Below are positions 52,426 through 62,625 of a stretch of DNA of 64,000 nucleotides, piece after piece. Below the pieces are notes generated by a model that worked only from the letters and a program-made list of their open reading frames with translations, did not search any database and was not told the DNA's origin. The first letter of the stretch is position 1, and each line of letters starts with the position of its first letter. The translations under genes and the position numbers were made by a program. The stretch is from a virus (lineage: Duplodnaviria; Caudoviricetes): positions 1 through 64,000 of IMG/VR virus record IMGVR_UViG_3300028601_000026. One strand, 5' to 3'.

Positions 52426-52442
52426 CATGTTCTTTTAACAAA
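52426..52442 (-). promoter_or_regulatory. Candidate promoter TTTGTTAAAAGAACATG
   Basis: 16/17 match to 48057-48073; same orientation, short distance upstream of a minus-strand gene. Confidence 0.45.
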
Positions 52443-52492
52443 ACATGGTCCTTTTTTTGAAAAATTGAAGCAGGCAAAATATTATTATCTCC

Positions 52493-55396
52493 TTAGGCAA
52501 CGGCTTTCTTGGCCTCCCCATAGCTGGGACCATACCCAACGTCATATTTCCAGGGTACCGGAAGCCAGGGAGCTTTTTCACGGATATTCTCCATAATGAT
52601 TTTGTCCAACAGCTGCTTCATACCGGTCTGTCCTTTAGGGGCCTTGAAGCCGATGGAGTCATGCACGGTAAGAATGATTCGACCTTCCCTGGAACGGAGA
52701 GCCTCCCGCAAATCGATCATGTTGGTCTGCACCAAATCATTGCTGGTGGTCTGAATACGAGCATTCACAGCCTGCCGACTGATACCGTTAAGCAGACTGC
52801 TGTTGTACGACGCTGCGGCATACCGGCGCTTGCGCCCCGTGAAGGTGTAGGAAAATTTATGCCTTAGTGCAAAGTTGATGGTATTTCGGATATAACGGGC
52901 CACTCCAGGATAGGTTTTGAAAAACTTATCGAGATACTCCTGAGCTTCCTGCTCAGAAACCCTAATACGCATATCCGACCACAGCTGGGCAGCCAGCCCT
53001 TTGGCACTCATCATATATATAGTGCCAAAGTTAACTTTCTTAGCAATCTGCCGCAATACATAGTAGGGAGTTGACTTATCCTCTTTGTAGAGGCAGAGGT
53101 CTTCGTAGCTGTACTCCCCCAAGCCCGCAGCAGTCAGGCAATGCAAATCCTTGTCTTCCAAAAATGCCTGGGTTAAGGCAAGGTCCCGACTGTACGCTGT
53201 CAGAACACGCATCTCCGCATTGGCAATGTCCAGGTCATAGAAATCCTCCTCTTCCGGGTTATCCGGAAGGAACAAGGCCTTCAGATTGAGAAAAAGTTCT
53301 AAGTTACTGATTTTTAACAGGAAGGGGACGTTCTGAAGGTTGGGGTCACTGCTACTCAACCGGCTTGTAGCCGTCCCATTCTGATGGTACTTCCCATGCA
53401 AGAACCCATCGAGGGCGGATTTCTGCAGCCAGGGATTCAGGTACGTCCCCTTGATCTTCTCCATCCTCCGCCAATCCAGAAAATAGTTGAGGAACACATC
53501 ATCCGGAAAGTCATCTGAGAGGAACTTGATTGTCTCGGCGTCAGTGCAGGGAGCTCCGGCATCCGTTTTCTTGATGATCGGCAGCTTCTTGTCTTCATAG
53601 AGGTATTTGGCAATAGCATTGCCATTGCTCAACGGAAAAGTGTACCCTATATCCGTGAAGATCTTATCCTCCACTTCTGCCATTTTCTCTTCCAGGATTT
53701 TGATGTATTCCTTGGTGCGCTCCCGGTCCAATCGCACCCCGTAGAACTCCATCTCGGAAATCAGATCCGCCATAGGATTAACGATATTCCGCACCGTCCA
53801 CATCAACGGCTGCATCTGCAGAGGCTTTTTGATCTTTTTCTCAATCTTCAGAACCCTTAGGGCTTCCTCTTTCAGCCTCCCCAACTGCTTAAGCATGATC
53901 TTACGCGTCATTACCCCGTCTACTGCGGCATAGAGCAGCAGTTTCGGAACAGCTAGATCCTCATAGGTAACCTCGGGCGTAATCTCCGGAGGTTCGAACT
54001 CCAGCGGTATCAACAGTTCTTCCCGAGGTACCTTGCTCAGTAGCTTGAAGATCACCCCAGCCGACTTCTTGGTAAGAACAAGCTCCCCTTTGGATTTTTT
54101 ATACTTGGGCTCTGTCAACCCCTTGGATTCCGTCATGCTCAAAAATTTCCGGGAGATCCATCGGGAGTTAAGGCTGCGCCGTTCTGTATCCGTCAGGCTC
54201 AGCCAGTAGCTGACATAAGCCTCCACCAGTTTTTCCCGGTACGCTTTTACCGCCTCTTTGAGGGTTTCTTTTCGCGCCTTTTGCAAAGAAAGCTTCTCCC
54301 GCTCCAAATCCTCCTCGTAGCGGGTATCCGTAGGGAAATAGTCTGTAGCCAACACCTTCAGAGAATACTCGCCTTTCTTTCCCTCATCCAACTGGTGCTC
54401 TATCAACATGGTATCCCAAGTCACCTCGGGGGTTTTCAGGCCTTCATGATAGCGCAGCCACTGCTGGTCAAACTTTGAGTTGTGCATAACGAGAGAAAAA
54501 GCCGGGTGATGCATGACCTGCAGTAATTTATCCCGAATTCTCTGGAAGTGTTCTTTCGAGAAAGGCAAAGCCCGATGCTCCCAGGGGAACGCCAGGCCTT
54601 GATTGTCTTCCCAAGACATAGACACCATGATACAGCGCTGTTTTGGGTCGTGGGGTAACAAGGAGGTAGTCTCCGTATCCACAGCTACCGGACGTTTTTT
54701 ATTTTCTGCATGGGACTTGTCCAGTGCTGCCAGGCACTCATCCAGCTGTGCCACTATGCCTTCGCAGTCGGTCGGAGTACGGATATCCAGTTCATCACAA
54801 TTGATGCCTGAAGACAGGTACCCAAAAGCTTTTTCAATATCGCGCTTGAGGACCGTGATATATCCTGTCTCCTTCAACACTTGTACAGGTGAGATTGTTG
54901 GTAAAACTGTATACTTGACCCCTCCATAGTGGATGGTCTGAAATACTCCTCGAATCTCCCCATGCTTTTGCCGAAATCCCAAAGCCTTAGCGGCATCCGC
55001 GCCTAAGGGGATCAGAAGTTTCGGTTTGGACAGATCGAGTCGAGCTTGTAGTTGGTGACTGCACTTCTCTAAGTCTTGCTGCTTTATTTTGTAATTAAGT
55101 TCCTTGGGGACACAGCGTACAGCATAGATATACTCTGCACTAAACTGCTCAGCCCTAGGAAGCTTGCTCTTAATCTCGCTGACAAGATTACGCAACAGCC
55201 ACCCACCTTTACTGCAATACGCTCCTTTCTCTGCGTCAATATCCATGGGAAATCCTGCAATAAAAGTAATGTCCTGGTGCTGAGCCAGAGCATATTTACA
55301 GAACTCCTCTGTGTAGAGCCGACACCCAGTACAGGGCGTAGGCTTTAGACAAATAGCTTCTTCCTCTGCCAACAATTTTTTAGCTGTGTCTACCAT
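52493..55396 (-). CDS. polA: Family A DNA polymerase with N-terminal UDG4-like domain and 3'-5' exonuclease
   Basis: CTGCRL...C, RCVP, PKLLIPLG (UDG-like); DTETTSL, HNSKFD, YAAVD (exo); TSRLSSSDPNLQN, RQIAKKVNFGTIY, TVHDS (pol). Confidence 0.9.
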   Translation of the reverse strand: MVDTAKKLLAEEEAICLKPTPCTGCRLYTEEFCKYALAQHQDITFIAGFPMDIDAEKGAYCSKGGWLLRNLVSEIKSKLPRAEQFSAEYIYAVRCVPKELNYKIKQQDLEKCSHQLQARLDLSKPKLLIPLGADAAKALGFRQKHGEIRGVFQTIHYGGVKYTVLPTISPVQVLKETGYITVLKRDIEKAFGYLSSGINCDELDIRTPTDCEGIVAQLDECLAALDKSHAENKKRPVAVDTETTSLLPHDPKQRCIMVSMSWEDNQGLAFPWEHRALPFSKEHFQRIRDKLLQVMHHPAFSLVMHNSKFDQQWLRYHEGLKTPEVTWDTMLIEHQLDEGKKGEYSLKVLATDYFPTDTRYEEDLEREKLSLQKARKETLKEAVKAYREKLVEAYVSYWLSLTDTERRSLNSRWISRKFLSMTESKGLTEPKYKKSKGELVLTKKSAGVIFKLLSKVPREELLIPLEFEPPEITPEVTYEDLAVPKLLLYAAVDGVMTRKIMLKQLGRLKEEALRVLKIEKKIKKPLQMQPLMWTVRNIVNPMADLISEMEFYGVRLDRERTKEYIKILEEKMAEVEDKIFTDIGYTFPLSNGNAIAKYLYEDKKLPIIKKTDAGAPCTDAETIKFLSDDFPDDVFLNYFLDWRRMEKIKGTYLNPWLQKSALDGFLHGKYHQNGTATSRLSSSDPNLQNVPFLLKISNLELFLNLKALFLPDNPEEEDFYDLDIANAEMRVLTAYSRDLALTQAFLEDKDLHCLTAAGLGEYSYEDLCLYKEDKSTPYYVLRQIAKKVNFGTIYMMSAKGLAAQLWSDMRIRVSEQEAQEYLDKFFKTYPGVARYIRNTINFALRHKFSYTFTGRKRRYAAASYNSSLLNGISRQAVNARIQTTSNDLVQTNMIDLREALRSREGRIILTVHDSIGFKAPKGQTGMKQLLDKIIMENIREKAPWLPVPWKYDVGYGPSYGEAKKAVA

Positions 55397-55482
55397 GAGC
55401 TTCCTTCTTTTTTGCCGGCACCCCTTTAATTAGGGCCTACCAGAAAGCCGGAACTGAAAAATTCCGGCTTTCTGCACATGTT

Positions 55483-58400
55483 TTAAATATCAAAATCCTC
55501 CACGTAAGAGAGGTCTGTGGCTGCAGCGCTCTCCTCAATCACCCCAGAGGGCTCTGCTATTTGCTTGGGGGGTATCGGTTTCATCCCGATACTGGGGAGC
55601 CCGAGATAGGCTATATCCACCACGGTGTAGTCCATGGGGGTTTGCACATCATGCAAGCCCAACGACTGCACAATAAGTTGGTGCTGTTCAGGTGTCACAG
55701 AGTCCCAGCTATGACAACAGCGAGCGGCCATATCCCGTAAAGCAACCACGGGTTTACGGATGTACTCGTAGTTGCCCTGCATCAACGAGCTGTGGACCAG
55801 ATACCGCCAGACCAGGACAATGACCTGAAGCTCTGAGACAAAGTAAACGCCAGTACGGAGGTTGTTGAGGATGTGAATTTCCCCCTCCTCCAAAAGCGTT
55901 TTAGCGGAGACCTTGCTGATCGCTCCGTCTTCTCCGTGGACAAACAGCTTATCCGGTACCAGGCAGGCATCTATGACGGGTATTGTGTTGTTGGACATGC
56001 TGATCGCAGCAAGACGATCCTTGTACTTCGTCAGAAAATCTATATACATAGCGTCCGCGTCGTAGCCCAGCATCTCGTATACGGCCAATGGAGTCAGGAC
56101 ACTCTCCATGAAACGGGTAGACCGATGCAGGTCCCCTGCAATCTCCGGGAGACGCTTTCGCAGAATGTTACGCCTGCGGTAAATCTCTGGAATCCGCGGT
56201 AGGAGGCAGATAGTGTTGTTCTGCTGCAGACGTAGATACTCCTCCTCGGTAAAGTGCTCAAAGATGTGCTGATCTGGAGGCTTACGCCCCTGATCCTTGA
56301 CCGTGCTGATGATCAGGATACGGCTCAGAAAAACACTATCCGACGGGGTGTTGATCGCTGCCAGGATAACCGGCATCTGAATTTTGTACTGCCGGACTGA
56401 CGTTCCGTCGGCGCCTCCTCGAGTTACTGTACTGCCACCTTGTGGAACCCGATACAACAAGGTCATGATCTCCCGGTTACGCTCCTCCGCCTTGGAAGCC
56501 CGGATGGCTCCGGTTTCTTCAGCTTCATCCAGTACATAGGCCAGCGTAGATTTCTGCATGGTCTGATACAAAGAAGCCGCGGTGGCATCGTTAGCGGTTA
56601 CAGCACTTTCCAGCAAGCTAGGAGGCAGGGTTTTACCTGGCTTGACTTCCTGGTTGGGGCCCCCGAGAATGCCGTGGATCAAAGAGGATTTCCCGGATTC
56701 CGCCTGACCTGTGATGAAGGTAATGGAGCTTTCCCCCACCGAGGCCATGATCGGCAGAGACATGATATAGGCCGCCAGGAAAGGGTTAATCATATCGTTG
56801 TGTTCAAGCTTCCACCCATCCAACACCGTGCGTATGGCTCTATAGTGGAATTGAAGATCCACGGTATTGGCCCGTTCCAGGTCTGTGGTCTCCTGAACAA
56901 AGGACCAACGGTGGATGGGACTGAGATTCTCAAACAGGACTTTGCCATCAATATTGCTTTTTAACTCCTCCCAAGTGAGCTGATCATCCTGAGAAAAGCG
57001 GCCACGGAAGACTTTCTTTCCATTTACGAAGTAGACCGTGTCACCTTTCCTCCGGTACTCTGCCGGGATATTGGAATAATGGATACCCTGCGTCAGGGTT
57101 GCCAGCTCTTCAACATTGATGGCGTCAGTGAGCATGGACTCTGCCACCTCTTTTAGCAGTTCCCAGGCATTCCGCTTTTTGATGGAAAGCATTCTCCCAG
57201 GCTCGGTTTCCTCGTCTATCCCTTCCAGGTAGATGTGGTTATTTCCGAGGATCTGATCAAAGAACTCCATCCCGGTACGTCCGGTACTGGCAGCTACCAG
57301 GTTGAACAGGGCATTTTCGTTCTTGGGTTCAAACTCCCAAAGTTCACTCTTATGTACTGCCCAGCATTTATACTGCGTCCGACCACCTTTCCTTTCGTAG
57401 TAAGAAACTCGCAGATAATTGCTCAGCTGTTTCTTGATAAGCGCCAAACAACTGGCTAGGGTGGTTGAGGAAGCCAGGGCCTCGTTTACTGAGGAGACCT
57501 GAGAGAGGTCCACGTTGAACCGACTGGCTACTGCAGCGATGTAGGCTTGGCACTCCGAGGGATCGCTCAGAAGCCCAAACCACTTTTTGGCTTCGTCGTA
57601 CGATTTCTTGTCTCGCTCCGCCACCAGGTTTTTCAAGCGGTTTTCATAGCCCTCCACTGTAGTGTCCAGGAGGTGCAAAGCCTGATTGTATTGCTCCTGG
57701 AGATCCTCTATGGCAGAGCAAGCCTTCTCGGTAACCCAGCTGGCTGCGTTCAGAAAATAAGCATTGCGCTGATGAAACAGGTAATTGAGCATTACCTCGT
57801 GCCCGCAGAACTGCACGGCATCATCGAGGTCCCCGCCCAGCAGCTCATGAGGCCAGGTAAAAATCCGAAGGCTTAGCGGCTGGCAATCCAAAGTCTGTGT
57901 AAAATTGGCTTTGGAATTCAGCACCCGACAGGCATACTCGTCTCCCCGCTTCTCCCCGGGCCGATCAGGCACCAGCCAAATATGCCGGACTCCGTACTCC
58001 CGTAGAAAAGCCAGGTCCACGGTGCCCGACCCACCCGAACTGACGATGATAAAATCCATGGTACCGGTCAGGTCCTGAGCCACCATGGCAGCGAAGGCAT
58101 CAAACTCCCCTTCGGTAACATAAACACTGGTTTCGTTGTGCCCCAGGAGGCGTTGGTACCGGTGCAGCCCTGTCACCCCGTTCGGAGACGTTTTATCTTC
58201 TCCGATGTTGACGATGCCACTTTTACGGAAAGCCTCCCGCAAAATGTGCGGAGGAAGTTCTTCCAGAGGAACTCCGGCATTCCTCTCTATAAAGGTGGGA
58301 TCTATCGGACGTACTTTGAAGCGGGCAATGGTGCCAGGGGAGTCGTTACTGTGGGTTACTACGCTCCCCCATTTGCTGCCGGATTTGTTCTCGGTACTAA

Positions 58401-59037
58401 AGTACTCGTCGTAGAGGGAGTGCAAATCCGGATCCTCAATATACTTCTTGGCATGTTCCGGCTTGGCAAAGACCCCCACAGGGAGGTTAGGCAGGGAGGT
58501 TACCGGGATGCTTCGTGCTTTGGTCAGATACAGAAACGCCAAATGCACATACTCCAGATGCTTGGGACGATCCCGTACCCACTCTTCCAGCACCTTTGAG
58601 AACGCTATGGCTGCAGCTTTTTTCATTTCCTGCAGCTGGTTATAATTGTTGAGTTCGTCCAGATTGGACAGAGAGGAGGAGAGGTTGAAACGGTTATGCA
58701 GAAGCAGCAATGCCTCCTGCATGGACATGTTCCCTACTTTGGCAATCAAGGACACCGGATTGGTGACAAACTTTTCACAGGTGCCAAAACATTTCCCTAA
58801 ACCCCGAGTTAGGGAGATGCGAAACGAAGGTGTCTTTTCATCATGATATGGGCAGCACCCGGAGATGGAAGCTTGACCTTTCTGCTCCCACTTATTGCCC
58901 GGAGACAGTTCCCGCAGTAAAGAGAGCCACTCGGAGGCAGATATAACTGTCCAAAGTCTCCGCAGTTCTTCTTCGGGGCGTCCTGCCTTTCTGCTTGCTG
59001 TTTTCTTTGTTCCCCGAGATCTCTTGGGAGAGGCCAT
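55483..59037 (-). CDS. Primase-helicase fusion (CHC2 Zn finger + TOPRIM + P-loop helicase)
   Basis: CCPYHDEKTPSF...KCFGTC; VTEGEFDA; DLDD; GQAESGKS; VLDEAE. Confidence 0.85.
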   Translation of the reverse strand: MASPKRSRGTKKTASRKAGRPEEELRRLWTVISASEWLSLLRELSPGNKWEQKGQASISGCCPYHDEKTPSFRISLTRGLGKCFGTCEKFVTNPVSLIAKVGNMSMQEALLLLHNRFNLSSSLSNLDELNNYNQLQEMKKAAAIAFSKVLEEWVRDRPKHLEYVHLAFLYLTKARSIPVTSLPNLPVGVFAKPEHAKKYIEDPDLHSLYDEYFSTENKSGSKWGSVVTHSNDSPGTIARFKVRPIDPTFIERNAGVPLEELPPHILREAFRKSGIVNIGEDKTSPNGVTGLHRYQRLLGHNETSVYVTEGEFDAFAAMVAQDLTGTMDFIIVSSGGSGTVDLAFLREYGVRHIWLVPDRPGEKRGDEYACRVLNSKANFTQTLDCQPLSLRIFTWPHELLGGDLDDAVQFCGHEVMLNYLFHQRNAYFLNAASWVTEKACSAIEDLQEQYNQALHLLDTTVEGYENRLKNLVAERDKKSYDEAKKWFGLLSDPSECQAYIAAVASRFNVDLSQVSSVNEALASSTTLASCLALIKKQLSNYLRVSYYERKGGRTQYKCWAVHKSELWEFEPKNENALFNLVAASTGRTGMEFFDQILGNNHIYLEGIDEETEPGRMLSIKKRNAWELLKEVAESMLTDAINVEELATLTQGIHYSNIPAEYRRKGDTVYFVNGKKVFRGRFSQDDQLTWEELKSNIDGKVLFENLSPIHRWSFVQETTDLERANTVDLQFHYRAIRTVLDGWKLEHNDMINPFLAAYIMSLPIMASVGESSITFITGQAESGKSSLIHGILGGPNQEVKPGKTLPPSLLESAVTANDATAASLYQTMQKSTLAYVLDEAEETGAIRASKAEERNREIMTLLYRVPQGGSTVTRGGADGTSVRQYKIQMPVILAAINTPSDSVFLSRILIISTVKDQGRKPPDQHIFEHFTEEEYLRLQQNNTICLLPRIPEIYRRRNILRKRLPEIAGDLHRSTRFMESVLTPLAVYEMLGYDADAMYIDFLTKYKDRLAAISMSNNTIPVIDACLVPDKLFVHGEDGAISKVSAKTLLEEGEIHILNNLRTGVYFVSELQVIVLVWRYLVHSSLMQGNYEYIRKPVVALRDMAARCCHSWDSVTPEQHQLIVQSLGLHDVQTPMDYTVVDIAYLGLPSIGMKPIPPKQIAEPSGVIEESAAATDLSYVEDFDI

Positions 59038-59120
59038 AACAATTTCCTTTCTAGAAGCACAGACAGCAAGAGGGGCCGAAGCCCCTCACTAAATCCCCTG
59101 TAAATCCACTGTAAAAACGC

Positions 59121-60005
59121 CTACTTTGTTCGAGAGCGTTTTTTCTTTTTGCTGAGGTAGTTCTGCCCCTCTGGGCAGCCCTCAGTAAAATTGCACCACT
59201 CACAAGCCTTACCTGGACACGCCTCAAATACTTCCCCCTCCTTAGGGTGTTTCTCTATAAAATCCTCAAGAAAACCAAGGACGGAGGAGGCCAGTTCTCC
59301 CAGTCGATCCCGCGTATAGGTGGTGAGGATAATCTCCTCTGCCGGAATAAAAGCCCCACCGGCCTGCACCTTCTGGACCTGTGGATGCTGCAGAAAAGTA
59401 GCCAGAGCATAAATCTGGGTCTGCACATCCGCAGCACTTTGATTCTCTTCTGTCGGAGCGTGGGACTTATAGTCCACGATCACCGCCTGTGTCCGTGGAG
59501 CATTCAGTGCCTTCAGGTCTTGATAGCCATACAGCAACCGATCTTTCCAGCCACAGGCAGGCATTCCCTTGCCATTGCGAGCAAGCACAAACATTTGCTC
59601 AGGGTATAGTTGCAATTGGTACCGAGAGGCCATGGCCAGCACCCGTTTCAGGGTACGCTCCGTGGGGCCCCGTAAGGGCTCGAGCAGGTCCTTCTCCTCC
59701 AGGGTCAGTGAGTAGCCGTGGTACAGGTCTCCCCACACCTTATCGAAGTCCGCTGCTTCCTCCGAAATACCAAAAATCATGGTGCGTTTAACGCAAGCCT
59801 CCAGTACCCCATGTACAAATTTCCCGACAATGGCAGGCGAGGGATCAAACGGCGTGCCCTTGGTACCTTTGTCCAGATAGGTTTTGCAGTACCGGCGGCC
59901 ACACCCAAGAAGAGCTTTTGCTTTGGAATAACTCAAAGGAAGTGCTTTTGGCAGGAGAGTGAGGCGCTGGGCTATTTCTGCAAAAAGCTGTTGTGTAGTC
60001 TGCAT
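59121..60005 (-). CDS. PD-(D/E)XK Cas4/AddB-like exonuclease
   Basis: GCGRRY...GYQDL...IVDYKS...QTQIYA...CPGKACEWCNFTEGC; ATG 60005 preferred (AGGA RBS). Confidence 0.8.
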   Translation of the reverse strand: MQTTQQLFAEIAQRLTLLPKALPLSYSKAKALLGCGRRYCKTYLDKGTKGTPFDPSPAIVGKFVHGVLEACVKRTMIFGISEEAADFDKVWGDLYHGYSLTLEEKDLLEPLRGPTERTLKRVLAMASRYQLQLYPEQMFVLARNGKGMPACGWKDRLLYGYQDLKALNAPRTQAVIVDYKSHAPTEENQSAADVQTQIYALATFLQHPQVQKVQAGGAFIPAEEIILTTYTRDRLGELASSVLGFLEDFIEKHPKEGEVFEACPGKACEWCNFTEGCPEGQNYLSKKKKRSRTK

Positions 60006-60073
60006 ATAGGGTCCTATACGAAGGAGCATCAGGGCCTAGCCAAAGACGCTTAGCTAGGCCCTGAAAGGTGGTC

Positions 60074-60322
60074 TTACACGGCGAATTTATACCGGATGGT
60101 CACTTTTTCCGGCTTCTGCTGAATCTCGTTGGCCTGGATATTGTAAAACGCTCCAGCCGGCGAAACCTTTTTGTAAAACCGATGCTTGCCGAAGCGCACT
60201 TCTCCATCCTCCGAAGCCGCTTTGATGAAGGTAGTAAAAATCCTGTCCAACATTTCCCGGGCCTTGGCTTTGGAAAGGCCTTCCTGCTCTGCAACAGCTG
60301 CGACAACTTGATCCGTGGTCAT
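60074..60322 (-). CDS. hup: HU/IHF-like DNA-binding protein
   Basis: MTTDQVVAAVAEQEGLSKAKAREML...VRFGKH.FYKK...YNIQANE...TIRYK. Confidence 0.8.
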   Translation of the reverse strand: MTTDQVVAAVAEQEGLSKAKAREMLDRIFTTFIKAASEDGEVRFGKHRFYKKVSPAGAFYNIQANEIQQKPEKVTIRYKFAV

Positions 60323-60408
60323 GCTATTTTTCTCTCCTGTGGTTGATTGTGGAGGGGAGAAGTCTCCCCTCCAAGAATTAAGAAACAAAAGCCGAAAGAA
60401 GACTTTAC

Positions 60409-61368
60409 TTACACGTCAAAATCTTCTCCGACAGCATTGGCAATCTGAGCATCCAGATCAGCCGATCCGTCCAAAGTGGCTCCTTCCAGATCAGCCGAAC
60501 CATCCTCGCCGGAATAATCCTGGTCCTCAGGCCGCGAACGATTTTTCAAAGCATTGCAGTAGAACTGTGCCAAGGGCAGATACAGCGTGCCATCGATCTT
60601 TTCATCTTTGGCAAAATCCAAAGTCATCTCGTAGTACGGGCCTTTCTTGGAACGAACAGCACGAGCCTTGATAACGTAGGAAAAGATGCTTTCTCCCAGG
60701 ATTTCAGCGGCATTGCTGTATGTCTGATAGGACCGCACAAACTTTTTCCACACCGAGATGGACTTCCCATGAAAGTTATACTTCACAGGGAAAGCCCGAT
60801 CCCCAAGAATTGCCAGGAAAGCCACTTCCGCGTATTCCCGACAACGGGGAGCCCCACCCTCCGGAGGAAATTTAGCTTCGTCACAAAGGACACCGTACTT
60901 TTTCTTACCGTCCTTGGCATCGGTATACCAGCCAGTACAGGCAGCACTGTACGGAGCTTCGACTTTGGCATTCGGGCAGACCCCGTCGGTGGAGTAACAA
61001 TCCGGCTTGTTTTCCCCTTCGCCATCAAATTTGGGGAAACGTGAGCGCCCCTCCCGCAGAATGCAGATAGGCAGCAAGACCAGCTCCTCCAGAAAACCCA
61101 GAGTGACGATAGGAGTCTTGTTGCTGATCATGCCCACAAAGTAACTGCCCTCTTTTTTCTCCCACTGCGGACGGTTGGTGACATGCGCAGGCTGAATCAG
61201 CACTGCCTCAAACAGAGCCTCCCAGGGGCTGGCTTCATTGAATCCCATGATGGTCATGGGCTTATCCCCGATCATAATTTCTTTTTTACCGTCCGGTCGG
61301 ATGGTCACCAGCTCCGTATCTGCGGTTGCTGCTACGAAAGTGGTAAGCCCTTTGTCCTCTTCTGCCAT
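60409..61368 (-). CDS. Single-stranded DNA-binding/recombination protein-like
   Basis: AAGGAG RBS before ATG 61368; Cys cluster (DCYSTDG..C..C..C), OB-like C-half, acidic tail ending EDFDV. Confidence 0.55.
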   Translation of the reverse strand: MAEEDKGLTTFVAATADTELVTIRPDGKKEIMIGDKPMTIMGFNEASPWEALFEAVLIQPAHVTNRPQWEKKEGSYFVGMISNKTPIVTLGFLEELVLLPICILREGRSRFPKFDGEGENKPDCYSTDGVCPNAKVEAPYSAACTGWYTDAKDGKKKYGVLCDEAKFPPEGGAPRCREYAEVAFLAILGDRAFPVKYNFHGKSISVWKKFVRSYQTYSNAAEILGESIFSYVIKARAVRSKKGPYYEMTLDFAKDEKIDGTLYLPLAQFYCNALKNRSRPEDQDYSGEDGSADLEGATLDGSADLDAQIANAVGEDFDV

Positions 61369-61456
61369 GATGCACTCCTTCTTGGTTAATTTGTTCCGAC
61401 GGCTAAATCGTGAACAATATTGGTAAGGGCAGCCGTAATTTTTAAGCAACTGCCAG

Positions 61457-61497
61457 AAAAAAAGTAAGGCCACCAAGGACTTATCCCTGGTGGCCTT
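61457..61497 (-). terminator. Intrinsic terminator after the sigma gene
   Basis: AAGGCCACCA/TGGTGGCCTT stem followed by a T7 run on the minus strand. Confidence 0.75.
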
Positions 61498-61550
61498 AAA
61501 TGTTTGCGCCAAAATAGACGCAAACGGCTTGATTTTATTTTTTTTCTAAA

Positions 61551-62525
61551 CTAAATAAATGGAGATTCCACCCCTGCACGTTGGAAAAATACACGGACCT
61601 TTTCCAAAGCCTTTCTCTGCAGCTGGAAAATCCACTCCGTAGTACCCTTCCAACCAAAAGAACGGAACAGGTCGGAAACCTGAGACAACGTCAGCTTCGG
61701 CGTTCCGAATACTCCAAACCGATAAGTAATGACGACTTTCTCCTTTTCGCTGAGCACGGAACATCCGGGATTGAGAAGAAATTCCAACATCTGAATAACC
61801 CGACGTTGGTCTACAATCTCTTCCAGAGCAGGGGAATCCTCAGACAACAGGTACTCCCATTCCAAGGTGTCCGCTTCGTTGGCATTCATCGCCCACGACA
61901 AGGTTCTCCCTGCCGGATAAGTGTCCTGAGAGAACTGCTGTGAGGTATCTACTCCTGGTTCCGTCCCCTCCTCGCCTTTAGATTCCTCGGGAGCACCCGC
62001 CTCCTCTTTAAAATCGTCCTCTGTCAAAGGTTGAGCAAGAGCTTCCGCCAACTCCCTTCGGGCATGCCGCGGAATCTTGACCACCCCATCGTTCATTCGG
62101 GACGTCTCTATCGCCTCTTTGAGGTACCAGGCGATATAGCTCGTGAATTTACTGCCTCGAGTAACATCGAACTTTTCTATGGCGGTGAGTACAGACACCA
62201 CCATATTTTGCAAAGCATCTTCAAACAGGCTGGCACGCAGGGCATAATGCCGGCGCAGTAGGTAGGGCAACAGAAAATAGACATTTAACAGAATGCAGTC
62301 TCGACAGCGAAATTTCCTGGGGGGTGAGGTTTCCGGAGCGTGGTACTCTAAGAGCCAGGCCTGAATCGCCTGATCCCTCTCCTTTCCGTAATAGACCGGA
62401 ATGTCTGAAAAGGATAAATACCGTGAAATAAACTTTACGGTATCCGTCTCTCTAGGAGAAAATGCTTCGGAAACTCTGTTGCTGACATATGCACCACCCT
62501 GACTCTGAGTCTCTGCCTGTTGCAT
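61551..62525 (-). CDS. Sigma-70-family RNA polymerase sigma factor
   Basis: EDALQNMVVSVLTAIEKFDVTRGSKFTSYIAWYLKEAI (region 2); LSEKEKVVITYRFG...TLSQVS...QLQRKALEKVR (region 4). Confidence 0.85.
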   Translation of the reverse strand: MQQAETQSQGGAYVSNRVSEAFSPRETDTVKFISRYLSFSDIPVYYGKERDQAIQAWLLEYHAPETSPPRKFRCRDCILLNVYFLLPYLLRRHYALRASLFEDALQNMVVSVLTAIEKFDVTRGSKFTSYIAWYLKEAIETSRMNDGVVKIPRHARRELAEALAQPLTEDDFKEEAGAPEESKGEEGTEPGVDTSQQFSQDTYPAGRTLSWAMNANEADTLEWEYLLSEDSPALEEIVDQRRVIQMLEFLLNPGCSVLSEKEKVVITYRFGVFGTPKLTLSQVSDLFRSFGWKGTTEWIFQLQRKALEKVRVFFQRAGVESPFI

Positions 62526-62625
62526 CGTACTGCCTCCTGCACAATCGTCTGTTAACTGAATAAGAACATCCCCTACTTATGTGCTGCCACCACAAAAAAA
62601 ATTCTAAATTAATACATTGATTAAT

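Noticed and set aside
47283-52470. AAATTGAAG occurring near 47284 (+), 48080 (-) and 52462 (+)
   Set aside because: Short AT-rich word with inconsistent orientation, one copy inside coding sequence; likely chance.
49925-59037. Inteins or introns in terminase, polymerase or primase
   Set aside because: No C/S...HN intein ends, no homing-endonuclease motifs and no interrupted reading frames were seen.
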